A stretch of 64,000 bases of DNA, taken from Macrostomum hystrix. Taxonomy: Eukaryota > Animalia > Platyhelminthes. This document shows, piece after piece, positions 46,217 to 59,131 of the stretch. A model generated the notes under the pieces. It saw nothing but the letters and a program-made list of their open reading frames with translations, did not search any database and was not told the DNA's origin. The position numbers and the translations under genes are program-made. The stretch is from NCBI GenBank assembly GCA_950097015.1, contig CATNEN010000007.1, forward strand, positions 10,664,001-10,728,000. The letters run 5' to 3'. Numbering within the stretch: the stretch's first letter is position 1; each line of letters starts with the position of its first letter.

Positions 46217-49062
46217 TCAAATAGGCGACTCAGGCGGGGGGTCGGGCAAGGCGGCGCCGGGTCCGTACACAGTGATGGCCAGCCCCTTGGCCTCCCAGCG
46301 GAAGCAGCGGGGCCACTCCTGCCTGTCAGGCGGCAGGCGCAGGCAGTGCATGGCGTAGTCCATCTGCTCCAGCAGCTCATCTGAAATCAGCGCGTGCAGC
46401 CAGAGGCCCCTGGCTGCGTACGGCTGCTCCTCCGTCACCACGACTCCGCGCACCGCGCTGGGTACCAGCGAGACAGCGTGGCCGCCGCCGCTGGTGCTGA
46501 CGAGGGTGAAGTGGCGGCCCTTGCGCAGGCGAGACTCCAGCGCGTCAGGCAGGGCCAGGCCGGCCTCGTGGGACAGCTGAATGTGCGGCCGCGACACTGT
46601 CGTCACTTCGGTGGCGCCGCCGGAGGGCCCGGCCTCGTCTAGCCACTGCACGCGACAAGTGACCGCAGCCAGGCCGCTGCCGTGCTGCTCCTGGGTTAGC
46701 AATTCCAGGGATGTGAAACACAGGTGAGGGATTACAGTAGACTTGCTAGATAAAAAATCTACGAGTATTTGTATTTTGAAAATGTATCACTATTTTGACG
46801 CAAAAAATTATTTGCGATGGATAATAAAATTTACAGCTTATATAATTCAAAATTCTGTTATGGGGCTTCAGAATTCGCTTCTAGCACTGTGGGATTCTGT
46901 TATTGGAATTAAGGATTCTGTTCTGGGAATTGAGGATTCCGTTCTGGGAATTGAGGATTCTTTTATTGGAATTGAGGATTCTGTTCTGAGAATTGAAGAT
47001 TCAGCTATAGGAAATAAGGACTCTGTTATTGGAATTGAGGATTCTGTTCTGGGAATTAAGGATTCTGTTCTGGGAATTGAGGATTCTGTTCTGGCAATTG
47101 AGGATTCTGTTATGGCAATTGAGGATTCTGTTATGGGAACTGAGGATTCTGTTATGGGAACTGAGGATTCTGTTATTGGAATTGAGGATTCTGTTATGGG
47201 AACTGAGGATTCTGTTATGGGAACTGAGGATTCTCTTATTGGAATTGAGGATTCTGTTATGGCAATTGAGGATTCTGTTATGGCAATTGAGGATTTTGTT
47301 ATGGCAATTGAGGATTCTGTTATTGGAATTGAGGATTCTGTTATCGCAATGTGGAGTTCTGTTATGGGAATTGAGGATTCTGTTATTGGAATTGAGGATT
47401 CTGTTCTGGAAATTGAGGATTCTGTTATTGGAATTGAGGATTCTGTTCTGGCAATTGAGGATTATGTTCTGGAAATTCTGGATTCTGTTATGGCAATTGA
47501 GGATTCTGTTATGGGAACTGAGGATTCTGTTATTGGAATTGAGGATTCTGTTATGGGAACTGAGGATTCTCTTATTGGAATTGAGGATTATGTTATGGCA
47601 ATTGAGGATTCTGTTATGGCAATTGAGGATTCTGTTATGGCAATTGAGGATTCTGTTATTGGAATTGAGGATTCTGTTATCGCAATGTGGAGTTCTGTTA
47701 TGGGAATTGAGGATTCTGTTCTGGAAATTGAGGATTCTGTTATTGGAATTGAGGATTCTGTTCTGGCAATTGAGGATTATGTTCTGGAAATTCAGGATTC
47801 TGTTTTGGCAATTGAGGATTCTGTTATGGCAATTGAGGATTCTGTTATGGGAACTGAGGATTCTGTTATTGGAATTGAGGATTCTGTTATGGGAACTGAG
47901 GATTCTGTTATGGGAACTGAGGATTCTCTTATTGGAATTGAGGATTCTGTTATCGCAATGTGGAGTTCTGTTATGGGAATTGAGGATTCTGTTATTGGAA
48001 TTCAGGATTCTGTTCTGGAAATTGAGGATTCTGTTATTGGAATTGAGGATTCTGTTCTGGCAATTGAGGATTATGTTCTGGAAATTCAGGATTCTGTTAT
48101 GGCAATTGAGGATTCTGTTATGGCAATTGAGGATTCTGTTATGGCAATTGAGGATTCTGTTATGGGAACTGAGGATTCTGTTATTGGAACTGAGGATTCT
48201 GTTATTGGAATTGAGGATTCTGTTATCGCAATGTGGAGTTCTGTCTTGCGTATTGCAAAGTGCAACTTTGGGATTTGGTAGCGAGGATTGGGATTGGGGA
48301 AGTCAAGTAAGGATTCAGGATCCAGCCCAACCAACCTGCTGGTCCCGCACAAGCTCGCGCAGCTCCGGCCGCAGGTCGAACAGCGACTCGCCGCGCCGCA
48401 TGTCGGTGACAATTGGCAGCATGCTGGCGATGGCCGGCACGGACCAGGCCTGGGCGGCAGCCAGCTCGTCGGCGGTGGCGCCGAGCAGAAGGGGGAATCG
48501 GACGCTGCCCAGCGGGCCCTGGGCGCAAGGCGGCAGGCAGGGGTCGGGCGCCAGCAGCAGGTGCTGCAGCCGGGAGTCGCGGCTGCCGTCCAGCGGGCCA
48601 GGCCAGGGCACGAAGTCGCCGGCGCTGATGTGGCAGCCGGTGGCGAACACGTAGCGGGCCAGCGACTGCAGCAGGCGGGCCGGCCACTGTGGCGGCGGCG
48701 AGATCGGGTCCTCGCGGCGCACTCGGAATGACAGCTCGAAGCCGAAGCCGGAGGCGTCGCCGGGCCCGGCAGCCCGCTCGTGGACGCGGCCGTCGCCGTG
48801 CAGGTCGGACAGGCCGGCGGTGACAAAGTGCCAGTGCGGCGGCGCCTCGGCATCGCCAGGGTGAGCGAAGGCGAGCACGCAGTCCAGGGGGTCAGGGCCG
48901 CCCTGCCAGTACTTCAGCACCGAGTAGAAGTGCAGCGGGCAGGCCTGGTTGGGGTAGAGCGCTAGGCAGGTGGTGCGCAGCAGCTCCAGGCCAGGCGGCA
49001 CCGCCTCGTCTGGGGCTGTGACTGCGGCTGCGGCCGACTGCTGCGGGTGGCGGGTGTCGGGA
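46217..49062 (-). CDS. SUFU: Suppressor of fused; start exon not resolved
   Basis: Exons ~49062-48336 and 46690-46217 (phase 0). PPGL..LYP, KYWQGGPDPLD, HWHFVTAGLSDLHGD, SGFGFELSFR, PPQWPA.LLQSLARYVF, TDMRRGESLF; C-domain RLRKGRHFT, TEEQPYAARGLWLH. Candidate ATG near 51011. Confidence 0.93.
46890..48243. repeat. Minisatellite, 21-bp unit GAGGATTCTGTTAT(T/G)G(G/C)AATT
   Basis: SUFU intron; heterogeneous, with recurring variant blocks. Confidence 0.95.
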
Positions 49063-49079
49063 CTAAAGATGCGCTTTCT

Positions 49080-50905
49080 GTTATCTGGTTTCTCTGATCC
49101 CTTCTCTGGTTTCCCTGATCCCCCTATCTGGTTTCCCCGATCCCTCTATCTGGTTTCTTTGATCCCTTATCTGGTTTCTTTGATCCTTCTCTGGTTTCCC
49201 CGATCCCCCTATCTGGTTTCTTTAATCCCTTATCTGGTTTCTTTGATCCCTTATCTGGTTTCCCTGATCCCTTATCTGGTTTCCCTGATCCCTTATCTGG
49301 TTTCTCTGATCCCTTATCTGGTTTCTCTGATTTCTTATCTGGTTTCTCTGATCCCTTATCCGGTTTCTCTGATCCCTTATCTGGTTTCTTTGATCCTTCT
49401 CTGGTTTCCCCGATCCCCCTATCTGGTTTCTTTAATCCCTTATCTGGTTTCTTTGATCCCTTATCTGGTTTCCCTGATCCCTTATCTGGTTTCCCTGATC
49501 CCTTATCTGGTTTCCCTGATCCCTTATCTGGTTTCTCTGATCCCTTATCCGGTTTCCCTGATCCCTTATCTGGTTTCTCTGATTTCTTATCCGGTTTTCC
49601 TGCTCCCTTATCCGGTTTCCCTGATCCCTTATCCGGTTTCCCTGATCCCTTATCCGGTTTCTCTGATCCCTTATCTGGTTTCTCTGATCCCTTATCTGGT
49701 TTCCCTGATCCCTTATCCGGTTTCCCTGATCCCTTATCTGGTTTCCCTGATCCCTTATCTGGTTTCTCTGATCCCTTATCTGGTTTCCCTGATCCCTTAT
49801 CCGGTTTTCCTGCTCCCTTATCCGGTTTCCCTGATCCCTTATCCGGTTTCCCTGATCCCTTATCTGGTTTCCCTGATCCCTTCTCTGGTTTCTCTGATCC
49901 CTTATCTGGTTTCTCTGATTTCTTATCTGGTTTCTCTGATCCCTTATCCGGTTTCTCTGATCCCTTATCTGGTTTCCCCGATCCCCCTATCTGGTTTCTT
50001 TGATCCCTTATCCGGTTTCTTTGATCCTTCTCTGGTTTCCCTGATCCCTTATCTGGTTTCTTTGATCCCTTATCTGGTTTCTTTGATCCTTCTCTGGTTT
50101 CTTTGATCCTTCTCTGGTTTCCCTGATCCCTTATCTGGTTTCTCTGATCCCTTATCTGGTTTCTCTGATTTCTTATCCGGTTTTCCTGCTCCCTTATCCG
50201 GTTTCCCTGATCCCTTATCCGGTTTCCCTGATCCCTTATCCGGTTTCCCTGATCCCTTATCCGGTTTCTCTGATCCCTTATCTGGTTTCTCTGATCCCTT
50301 ATCTGGTTTCCCTGATCCCTTATCCGGTTTCCATGATCCCTTATCTGGTTTTCCTGATACCTTATCTGGTTTCTCTCATCCCTTATCCGGTTTCCCTGAT
50401 CCCTTATCCGGTTTTCCTGCTCCCTTATCCGGTTTCCCTGCTCCCTTATCTGGTTTCTCTGATTTCTTATCCGGTTTTCCTGCTCCCTTATCCGGTTTCC
50501 CTGCTCCCTTATCTTGTTTCCCTGATCCCTTATCTTGTTTCCCTGATCCCTTATCTGGTTTCTCTGATTTCTTATCCGGTTTCCCTGCTCCCTTATCCGG
50601 TTTGCCTGATCCCTTATCCGGTTTTCCTGCTCCCTTATCCGGTTTTCCTGATCCCTTATCCGGTTTCCCTGATCCCTTATCTGGTTTCCCTGATCCCTTA
50701 TCCGGTTTCCCTGATCCCTTATCCGGTTTCCCTGATCCCTTATCCGGTTTCCCTGATCCCTTATCCGGTTTCCCTGATCCCTTATCCGGTTTCCCTGCTC
50801 CCTTATCCGGTTTTCCTGCTCCCTTATCCGGTTTCCCTGATCCCTTATCCGGTTTCCCTGATCCCTTATCCGGTTTCCCTGATCCCTTATCTGGGTTCCC
50901 TGCTC
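49080..50905. repeat. Minisatellite, 21-bp unit TTAT(CT/CC)GGTTTCCCTGATCCC
   Basis: Directly upstream of the main SUFU exon. Confidence 0.95.
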
Positions 50906-52221
50906 TCTTTTCTGTGTCGCCAGTCTATATTAATGGCCGAGTTCCATAACTACAGAAAGCTTTTATTAAAGCGAACACAAACAAGAGCTAGCTTGCCCAG
51001 GCTGTCGTCATAGCTCAGACTGGCGCCCAGCAAGAGAATTAATACGGCGGAAATCAACAGATTGTGTCATCTCGCTGTCATCATCAATTATAAAAAATGA
51101 ATTTTTTCATTCGCATGCAGCTTTGCTCAACTCAGAACTGCTCAGACGTGCGGCTGGTGATAAAAAATATTAAACAAAGAAATAAAAAACTAGCAAAGGC
51201 GACAGAAAATTAATAATAAAAAACTATAAATTGCCAATCAGACAAAGAATTCTATTCATTTGCGTTGGGAACTATTGTAGATCGGTGCAAATTGGTCCAC
51301 AGGTGGGGCGGGCAATAATTAAGTACAGCTTAGGCTACTCAGGCTTATAAGTGAAAAAACTAGAAAAACAGCTCACGATATTCAAAACTCAAAGACAAAC
51401 TGAGCTGGGAGTTACTCAGCAAAACCAACGCAACAACTGGCAGTGAGAAATCAATTGGAATAAATCAGTGCTCTCACTAATTAACAAACTGATAAAAAGT
51501 AACGGATTATTGGAGCATACTTCTACTCACAGGAGTACCGGAATAGTTAATGTTATAGTGAGGCAGTAACGGAGTGGTAAAATTAATTTCCTTTAATCCT
51601 CTTGCGCAATTTTTTAAACTACGAATTTTGTCTTGATTTTGTTAGTTTTATCTGCCACAATCGAACTAACGGAACAAAAGTAACGGCACTAGAAAGTTGT
51701 TAGCTGGCCAGCTATAGCGGTGAAGGTCGTTGCAAATGTACTGATGTACCCACTTAATGTACTGATAAAAGCAACCGCTTTATTAAAACAATAAGTTTAA
51801 AGTTTAAAAAATCCCCGAACCGAAAGCAAAATTCTCGGCAGAAGTTAAAACTAGCTTTTGCATTAGGAAAATAGTTGCTAATCTGAAGAACGGACGCGAA
51901 ACAGCAGCACTCAGCTTCTAGAAGCATTATCGAATTGTTTTATAGAGAAAGCCGCCAACAAAGATGAATCAATTGTTAATAGAGAATCAATAGAGGAACA
52001 AATGAAAATGGTAAACAAAACAAAACCGATGGGAATCTTCAAGTGGGGAATTGAAATACATCTGACGGCCAATGGGTCGGCCAGCCCATGCTATCAACTA
52101 GACAAATGAAACTTCAGTTCACAGAAAACCTAAATGTTCGAGACGCAGCCAGCCACCAACTGTCGAAGAGTTGCGTCAGCGAACGCAAAGACAAAGCATT
52201 GCTCGGTCCGCCCAGACGATC

Positions 52222-55127
52222 TCACACGCTCACGCTGCCCTCGCGGAAGTCGGTCTTGCCAATCAGGCAGTTCACCAGGCAGGGCGTGCCCGCCCGCGTA
52301 GCCTTCAGGGCATCGGCGAACACCTCCGGCAGGCGGCGAGCGTCCGACTCGTCGACCAGCACGCCGCGACAGTCGAAAGCGGCCATGGCCTGGTCGTAGC
52401 GGCTGTAGCTCAGCTCGCAGCCCACGCTGCTGCCAAACAGTGGGATCTGCGGAACGGCAACGAAATCTGTAGTCTCGCTGTGATATTTCTAGTCTCGCTG
52501 TGAGATTTCTAGTCTCACTGTGAGATTTCTAGTCTCACTGTGAGATTTCTCGACTCACTGTGAGATTTCCAGTCAAACTGTGAGATTTCTAGTCTCACTG
52601 TGAGATTTCTAGTCTCACTGTGAGATTTCTAGTCTCACTGTGAGATTTCTAGTCTCACTGTGAGGTTTCTAGTCTCACTGTGAGGTTTCTAGTCACACTA
52701 GTTAAGCTCTTATTTTGAGATACAAGCGAATCGATTTTCGCACATCTCGACAATAAACTTGGCCTCACCTGCTCCCTAGCAATCTGGGTCCAGCAGGCGT
52801 CGTTTCCAACCACACCAAGCACCGGCAGCTCGTGCCGCTTGAAGGTGTCGAACTCCACTAGCGAGTAGCCAAGGGAGCCGTCGCCCCACACCACCACAAT
52901 GTCGTGATCCGGCAAGCAGAGCTTAGCGCCCAAGGCGAAGCCGGCACCGACGCCGAGGGTGCCGAAGGCGCCCGGATCCAGCCAGCGGAGCGGGCCGCGC
53001 GGCCGCAGCAGGTAGGCAGCCGAGCCGACAAAGTCGCCGCCGTCGGCAACCAGGACGGTGCGCTCCGACATGGCGGACTCCAGCTGGGTGAGCACGTGCA
53101 GCGGATTCAGCTTGCCGCCGGCGGAGAGCGGGTCGGCTGACTTGGCCGCATTTGACTTGGCCTTATCCGAGTCCAGGGTGCGCAGGCTGGCCAGCCAGTC
53201 TTCCGGCGGCCGGTGGCCCGCCAGCCGCTGGGCCACGCGCTCCAGGGTGGTGCCGACGTCAGCGCCGATGGCCAGGGCGGGCTTCCAGAACAGGTCGGAG
53301 TTGCGGTACAGCTGGGCCTGCGACCGGTTGACAGCGGCGATGCGGCTGCGGCGGCTGAGCGATCGGCCGTAGTTCAGGCGGAAGTCGCAGACAGTACCGG
53401 CTAAAAGGACGAAGTCGGCCTGGCGCAGAGCATCCCGACGGCAGTGGCGCAGCTGCGGGTAAGCATCGCGCAATGTACTGACCTATGCGAGCTGCTTAGT
53501 GCCACCTTGCAATCATAGAGGCTGGTCTTCTGCCTCAAATACTTTCACATCTATACAAATGACGAATTTGGGACTCCAGTCTTCTAATCGGGCATAGACA
53601 CTGCCATCCCCGCTAGTCTTCTGATTGGCCCTTCCTTCCCCCTGCGATCCCCGCTAGTCTTTTGATTGGATCTTTCTTCACCCTGCGATCCCCGCTAGTC
53701 TTCTGATTGGATCTTCCTTCACCCTGCGATCCCCGCTAGCCTTCTGATTGGCCCTTCCTTCCATCTGCGATCCCCGCTAGTCTTTTGATTGGATCTTCCT
53801 TCCCCTGCGATCCCCGCTAGCCTTCTGATTGGGCCTTAAAATGGTCTTCTAACCTGAATGTCGGAGTCGGGGCCCAGCAGACCGCGCGACATGCCGCCCA
53901 GGAAGCAGGGGAGGCCCATGCGCTCCAGGCTGTCCCGGGTGCGGTCGGCTGGCACAGGCGGCAGAACGACCTGGCTGCCCAGCACCACCACCGGCCGCTT
54001 TGCCCGGCGGATCATGTCAGCCAGCTGGTCCACCTGGGCGTCGCTTGGCATCGGCACGTCCAGCGGCAGTGGGGAGACGTCGCGATGACGAAAGGCGTCG
54101 CCGAACAGATTGTGGATGTAGGCGTCCACGAGGAACTTAACGATGCGGGAGCTGAGGCCAGGAGCCTCCTTCACGCCGATCTCGCGGGTCACGAGGCTGA
54201 TGGGGTACAGGGTGTCGATAGGCAGCTCGACAAACACCGGACCGGGCGTGCCTGACTGCGCGGCCTGGATGGCGCGGCGCAGTGTCGGCACAATGTCGCG
54301 AACGGCTGACACAGTCGCATTGAACTTGCAAAGCGGCTTTAGCAGGGCCAGCTGGTCGATGTCCTGCGGTGCGCGGCATTCGATTTGGGATGTGGATGTG
54401 TTTTGGAATGGGGATAAGATACTTCAAGGATGGGAATACATTTTCATTTTATCATGGGATAAGTTCCCTCTTTTAGGATTGGGAATCAGTTCTTTAAGGA
54501 TGTGAATAAGACCTCCCTTGTGTCCTATGATGGGTAAATTCCCTTGTACCTGATGTTGTACAGCAACAGGTATTTAAAAAGTCTACCAAATCTTTGAATC
54601 ACGGCAGGTGCAAAAGGCAATCGCAGTTTGGAGTTATTAAAAATCCGCACCTGCAGGGCTCCACGCCCTTTGAGGATGCCGGCAGCGGCGCCGCCGAGCA
54701 GCAGCAGCGGCGACTCGGCCATCTGGGCGTTCTTCACAGCGGTGACAGTGTTGGTGAGGCCCGGCCCGGCGGTGACGCAGGCTGCCGCCAGCCCACCGGA
54801 GATGCGGGCGACTGCATCGGCAGCGAACACGGTGGTGGCCTCGTGCCGGGTGTCCACCACGCGCAGGCCGAGCCGCTCGCAGGCGACCAAAATCGGAGAC
54901 ACGTGGCCGCCGCACAAAGTGAAGACAAACTTGACGCCGTGCGATTTCAGCACCTCGGCAACTAGGTCGCCGCCGCAACGTGGTGACTCGCGGTCGACGC
55001 TGTGCAACAACAGAGACAGGAGGCCGCGCTTGCGGGCCACGTGCATCAGGGCGCCGAGAAGGGCCAGGATGACCACGGCCGCAGCGGCTAGCGGCCAGCA
55101 ACAACAGCTGCTGCTCACACTGCTCAT
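52222..55127 (-). CDS. ILVBL: Acetolactate synthase-like protein / 2-hydroxyacyl-CoA lyase 2 (TPP enzyme), 631 aa
   Basis: Exons 55127-54651, 54363-53854, 53452-52769, 52446-52222 (all phase 0, 1896 nt). N-terminal TM anchor, [40 protein letters not shown]...GND TPP motif, C-terminal [11 protein letters not shown]. Confidence 0.95.
52468..52694. repeat. Minisatellite, 20-bp unit TCTAGTCTCACTGTGAGATT
   Basis: Last ILVBL intron; hairpin CTCAC-T-GTGAG. Confidence 0.95.
53606..53836. repeat. Minisatellite, ~41-bp unit GATCCCCGCTAGTCTTCTGATTGGATCTTCCTTCACCCTGC
   Basis: ILVBL intron 2, next to the donor at 53853. Confidence 0.9.
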
Positions 55128-58100
55128 GGCTGCGAAGTGAGAAGGCCGCAGAAGTTTTAATCTCATTCTCAACTCTACATTACAGGTAGAAAAAATTGTA
55201 CAAACCAAAAAGCCGGTCGTAGATGTGGCCTGTTCTCAAGTAATAAATGAATAAGTTTCCAATTCTAGCATTATTTTAATGAAAAATGGAGAAAGTCAAC
55301 TTGGTGCCAATTTATCGACATCTAAGTATGACCATGGCAATAATATATAGCCAGAAGTGACTCAATAGGTGAGGGAGACCTAACTAAATGGATAATTTAA
55401 TTAACAAAACTACCAGTTCTTACAGTATTCAATAGCTATTGAATACATGCTAATAAAATTAATTTAACAAAAGTACACAATAGATAAAAAACTATAGATA
55501 TAGCCAGCAAATCTAGGATTTCCAAGAAAAATATTTGTCTAGTTTTCGAGAATAGTTCTTGTTCTCGAACTTTAATCATATTATAAAATAATTTCCGTTT
55601 TAGTAGGTTTCTAGGGGTGCTGAGTTAAAAAATAAAACTATCATGTTTTATCTACTAGAATTTTATATATGGAATAGCTTCCCTATCAGAGTCAGAGTTG
55701 AATTTTTTCTATAGAAGGAGGCCATTGGTTTCTAACAAAATGCTTTTAGGAAGAATAATTTACTAAATAACAATGAATAATGTGATGCAACGTAATGACT
55801 AATACTGAAGAATAAAGATAAAATTGGAAGAGAGACATGTTTGTTTTGCTTCCCTCTGCACTTGTAAGAAAATGCTAATTAAGCAGCAATGCAAGATTAT
55901 TCTGCAAACACTACTCATCATAGATTGGGGATAGAGAGAAAATATATGTACACATTAATCAGGTGGTCTTTAAGAATTGTGATTCATACTATATAATCAG
56001 GAACTAGATACTTTGTATTTTATACATACGCCTGAAAAACCCAAGTCTTTTTGAAACAAAATGGAAGAGAGCAAATGCTTTTGAAATGGATTTTGAACTG
56101 AAGCAAGCACTCCCATATTTGTTTACTTCACTTTGCTCCTAAAGACTTTGTGGAAGCAATACAGGACACTAATAGCTACCAAAAATAGCAAAAAAATTAT
56201 TAAAAAACAACTAAATTAAAAAATTTCTTGATATTTGCAATATACATTATGCAGTTTGCCCACATAAAATATGTAACAGGGCTTATGACTCTACTTTTCT
56301 CTCTCTTGGTAGCGTATCTCTCGGCACAAGCGGTTTATCATTCTAAGGCATTGGTCTCTTTTCTCCAGTCTTTGCTGGGTGTTTTCAGTGAATCAGAGGG
56401 TCACAGCCTCTAATAAGCAACTCAACACTTAAACACCTTACTAAGTTATAGCTTATTTGCTGTTCACCACACTGGCACATTGCTTTGTCTCATAGGAATT
56501 GCACTTGTTTATATACACAAAAAAGGTTTGTTAAAATGAATGAATTTGACAGAATATTTATAATATTTTACATATAAAAAATATTTAGCACATTTAAACA
56601 AAGAGCATAGGTAGGAATTTGAATTTAATAATAAAAGCATCCCTACTACAAAAAGCTCAGATTTCAGTTGCCAAAATCATATACAAATGCAACTTCTCAT
56701 ATTTCAGTGTCAATTAACAGTATGTCAAATATAAAGAGAGATAGAATGTTAATAATAATATCATTAAACTTTGTTAAAATAAAAAATGATACAATTTTGA
56801 CTCCAGAAATTAGTCTTATTTGATTTCACTTTTCATTTTGATTAAAAATCAATTTTTGGAATATCACTACCTAATTTTCAAAAGCACTGTGAAATATAGG
56901 TTACATTGAAATTTTAGGTTTAATTTCTGATTACTTTTCTAATACTGTTTTGAGTTCAATCTTTAAATTTAAACTCATGTTTAGACAAATATGTGGCAAA
57001 ACAAAGCATTAAAATAATGGAAACACAGCATTGGAAAGAAGGTTGGACTATTTTTGTAGAGGACCAGAAGAGCCTTCATAGACATTTAGGAATTTTAGAA
57101 GCAAATTTTTAGTTGGATGTTTTTTGTGGGAGACTGGCAAATGAAAAAGATTTAACTTCAAAACAGTCAAGAGGACCTTTTGAAGATTACTCATATTTTT
57201 TATAGGATAGGCCTAAGGCTTTTGTGGTTACCTCAATATATAATAATACCACACAAAGTGTAACATGGTGATTGAAGAGTTTTTGGGTTAGTTAAATTAT
57301 ATGTTAATAATAAATAGGTTAAAACTTCAATAGAGGCACAGGGACAAATTAAATACTACCCTAATAACTATAGGGTGGCCTGTGGGCCTAACCCCGCCTA
57401 AGGGCTTTTATGGCATTGTGGGCATCAGTTATTGTTTATAAAATTAGACAAGTTTTAATTTTAATTAGCAAACATGTAGGCCTAAATGTAATAACTAGAG
57501 AGGCCTAGGCTACTACTTTACATGAACACTTTACAAAGTAACAAATGTACAACTAGGGTAAGCTACAACATATGTAAGTCAGTCAACAATCCACGTAAGT
57601 GGTTGAAGTTTGAAGTAAATTCGAAAACCCAAATTATTATATATGATTAAAGTTCAAAAGGCCTAGAATAAGCCCTAGGCCCTATATTATTATTAGCTTT
57701 GAATCCTGGCATTAAAAGACAAAATAAACCAAAGCAAAGCAAAAATTTAACTAAGACTCATAAAACAAGGGATTTGAAAACTCTTTAATCTCTATAAATA
57801 TATTTTTTGCACACGTACGCTAGGGCCTATATTCTATATACGATATGAAGAATAAACACAAGAGGGCGCATTTGACTCAAACCGAATACACTCATAACAA
57901 GTTCATACCTTTTATGTCATTTTCGTTTGTATGTAAACACCGTGAAAAGGCAAAACTATAACTAGTTAAAATGGTACTCTGATGCACCGAAGTTTAGTTC
58001 AGTGATTGGCCTAAACTTTTGTGACCCTATTATATTTTTATGAAGTTCCAACAAAATATTATTTTACGACTAATATCATACCTTTTAAGAATCAAAGGCT

Positions 58101-59131
58101 AGTTTTAATCAAATTATATAATACAACATTGTTTTAAGACATACTATATTGTTAAAGGGTGACAATTCGCACTCAAATTTCAAATATCACGCAATTTCTT
58201 TTTACGAGCATAAGCTATGTAGAAAGGGTGGTGATCTGGATAAGGCACAGCACGGCACCACAATGCAATAGCTCGTCAATTATATGAAGCACTATTTCAT
58301 TCAATAGAAATTTAGCTTTGAATGTAGCCATAAAGCTTAATGGGATACGTATTAAACAAAATCTGATTACATTGGGACTCAACCATCAAGTCATTGAGTA
58401 CAACTCAAAGCTGTCTATACTGTGTTGCGTTAATTAGTTAGTAGCGGATCAGATACAACCTCTAATACGCTCAATTTTTTTGCTTCTCAGCTCACGTATC
58501 AAAAGCGATATACAAGTAATTAGTGACACTAAGCTTTTCTACCTGCACTGTTTTGTGCGGCCGTAATCAACGCCACGATCTCAGCTCTTTAACAGCCGAC
58601 TGGAACTTTGTGTATTGTAGCAGACAGCAGCAAGACACAGAAAAATGATATGCTTCAATAAATCAATAACTTTCCATATTGAACTTTAATTTAAACCAAA
58701 TCCGATAATAATAATTTGAAGCTCTCCATTCACCTCGCATACATCCTTATATGCGAAAATGCTTTTGCGGGAGGAAAATGTGGTTTAAAGAGTGAATTAT
58801 TAGCCATAGGAAGGGACAAATATGCTTGATAAGAGGATATAGCGCAAATTTTGGGGAGCTATTTAGCATTTTGAGGTCTTTGAGTTCCTTTTGCAATCGC
58901 ATAATGAGAGGACAGTACCTCTCATATCTTAATGATAATATAATGTACAATATGGAGAAATCGCTGTATATTATAGCTAATAGATATGCTTAATTGGGGA
59001 TCAATTAGCTTGGTGAAAGGATTAAGGGATTATAATTAGCTCATTAGGGGGATTTAAGCGCAATGATAACATTTTAGTAGCTAAGTGAGGGGAAAATAGG
59101 CTAAATTAGGGGATTAATAAGTTCATAAACT

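Noticed and set aside
8902-51013. Long repetitive ORFs (CTRL/HSLV, SEDGD, HPNP/DEGW, GIQDIL, IEDSV, LIPYLVS, etc.)
   Set aside because: Stop-free frames of minisatellites that lie inside introns defined by flanking conserved exons, or between genes.
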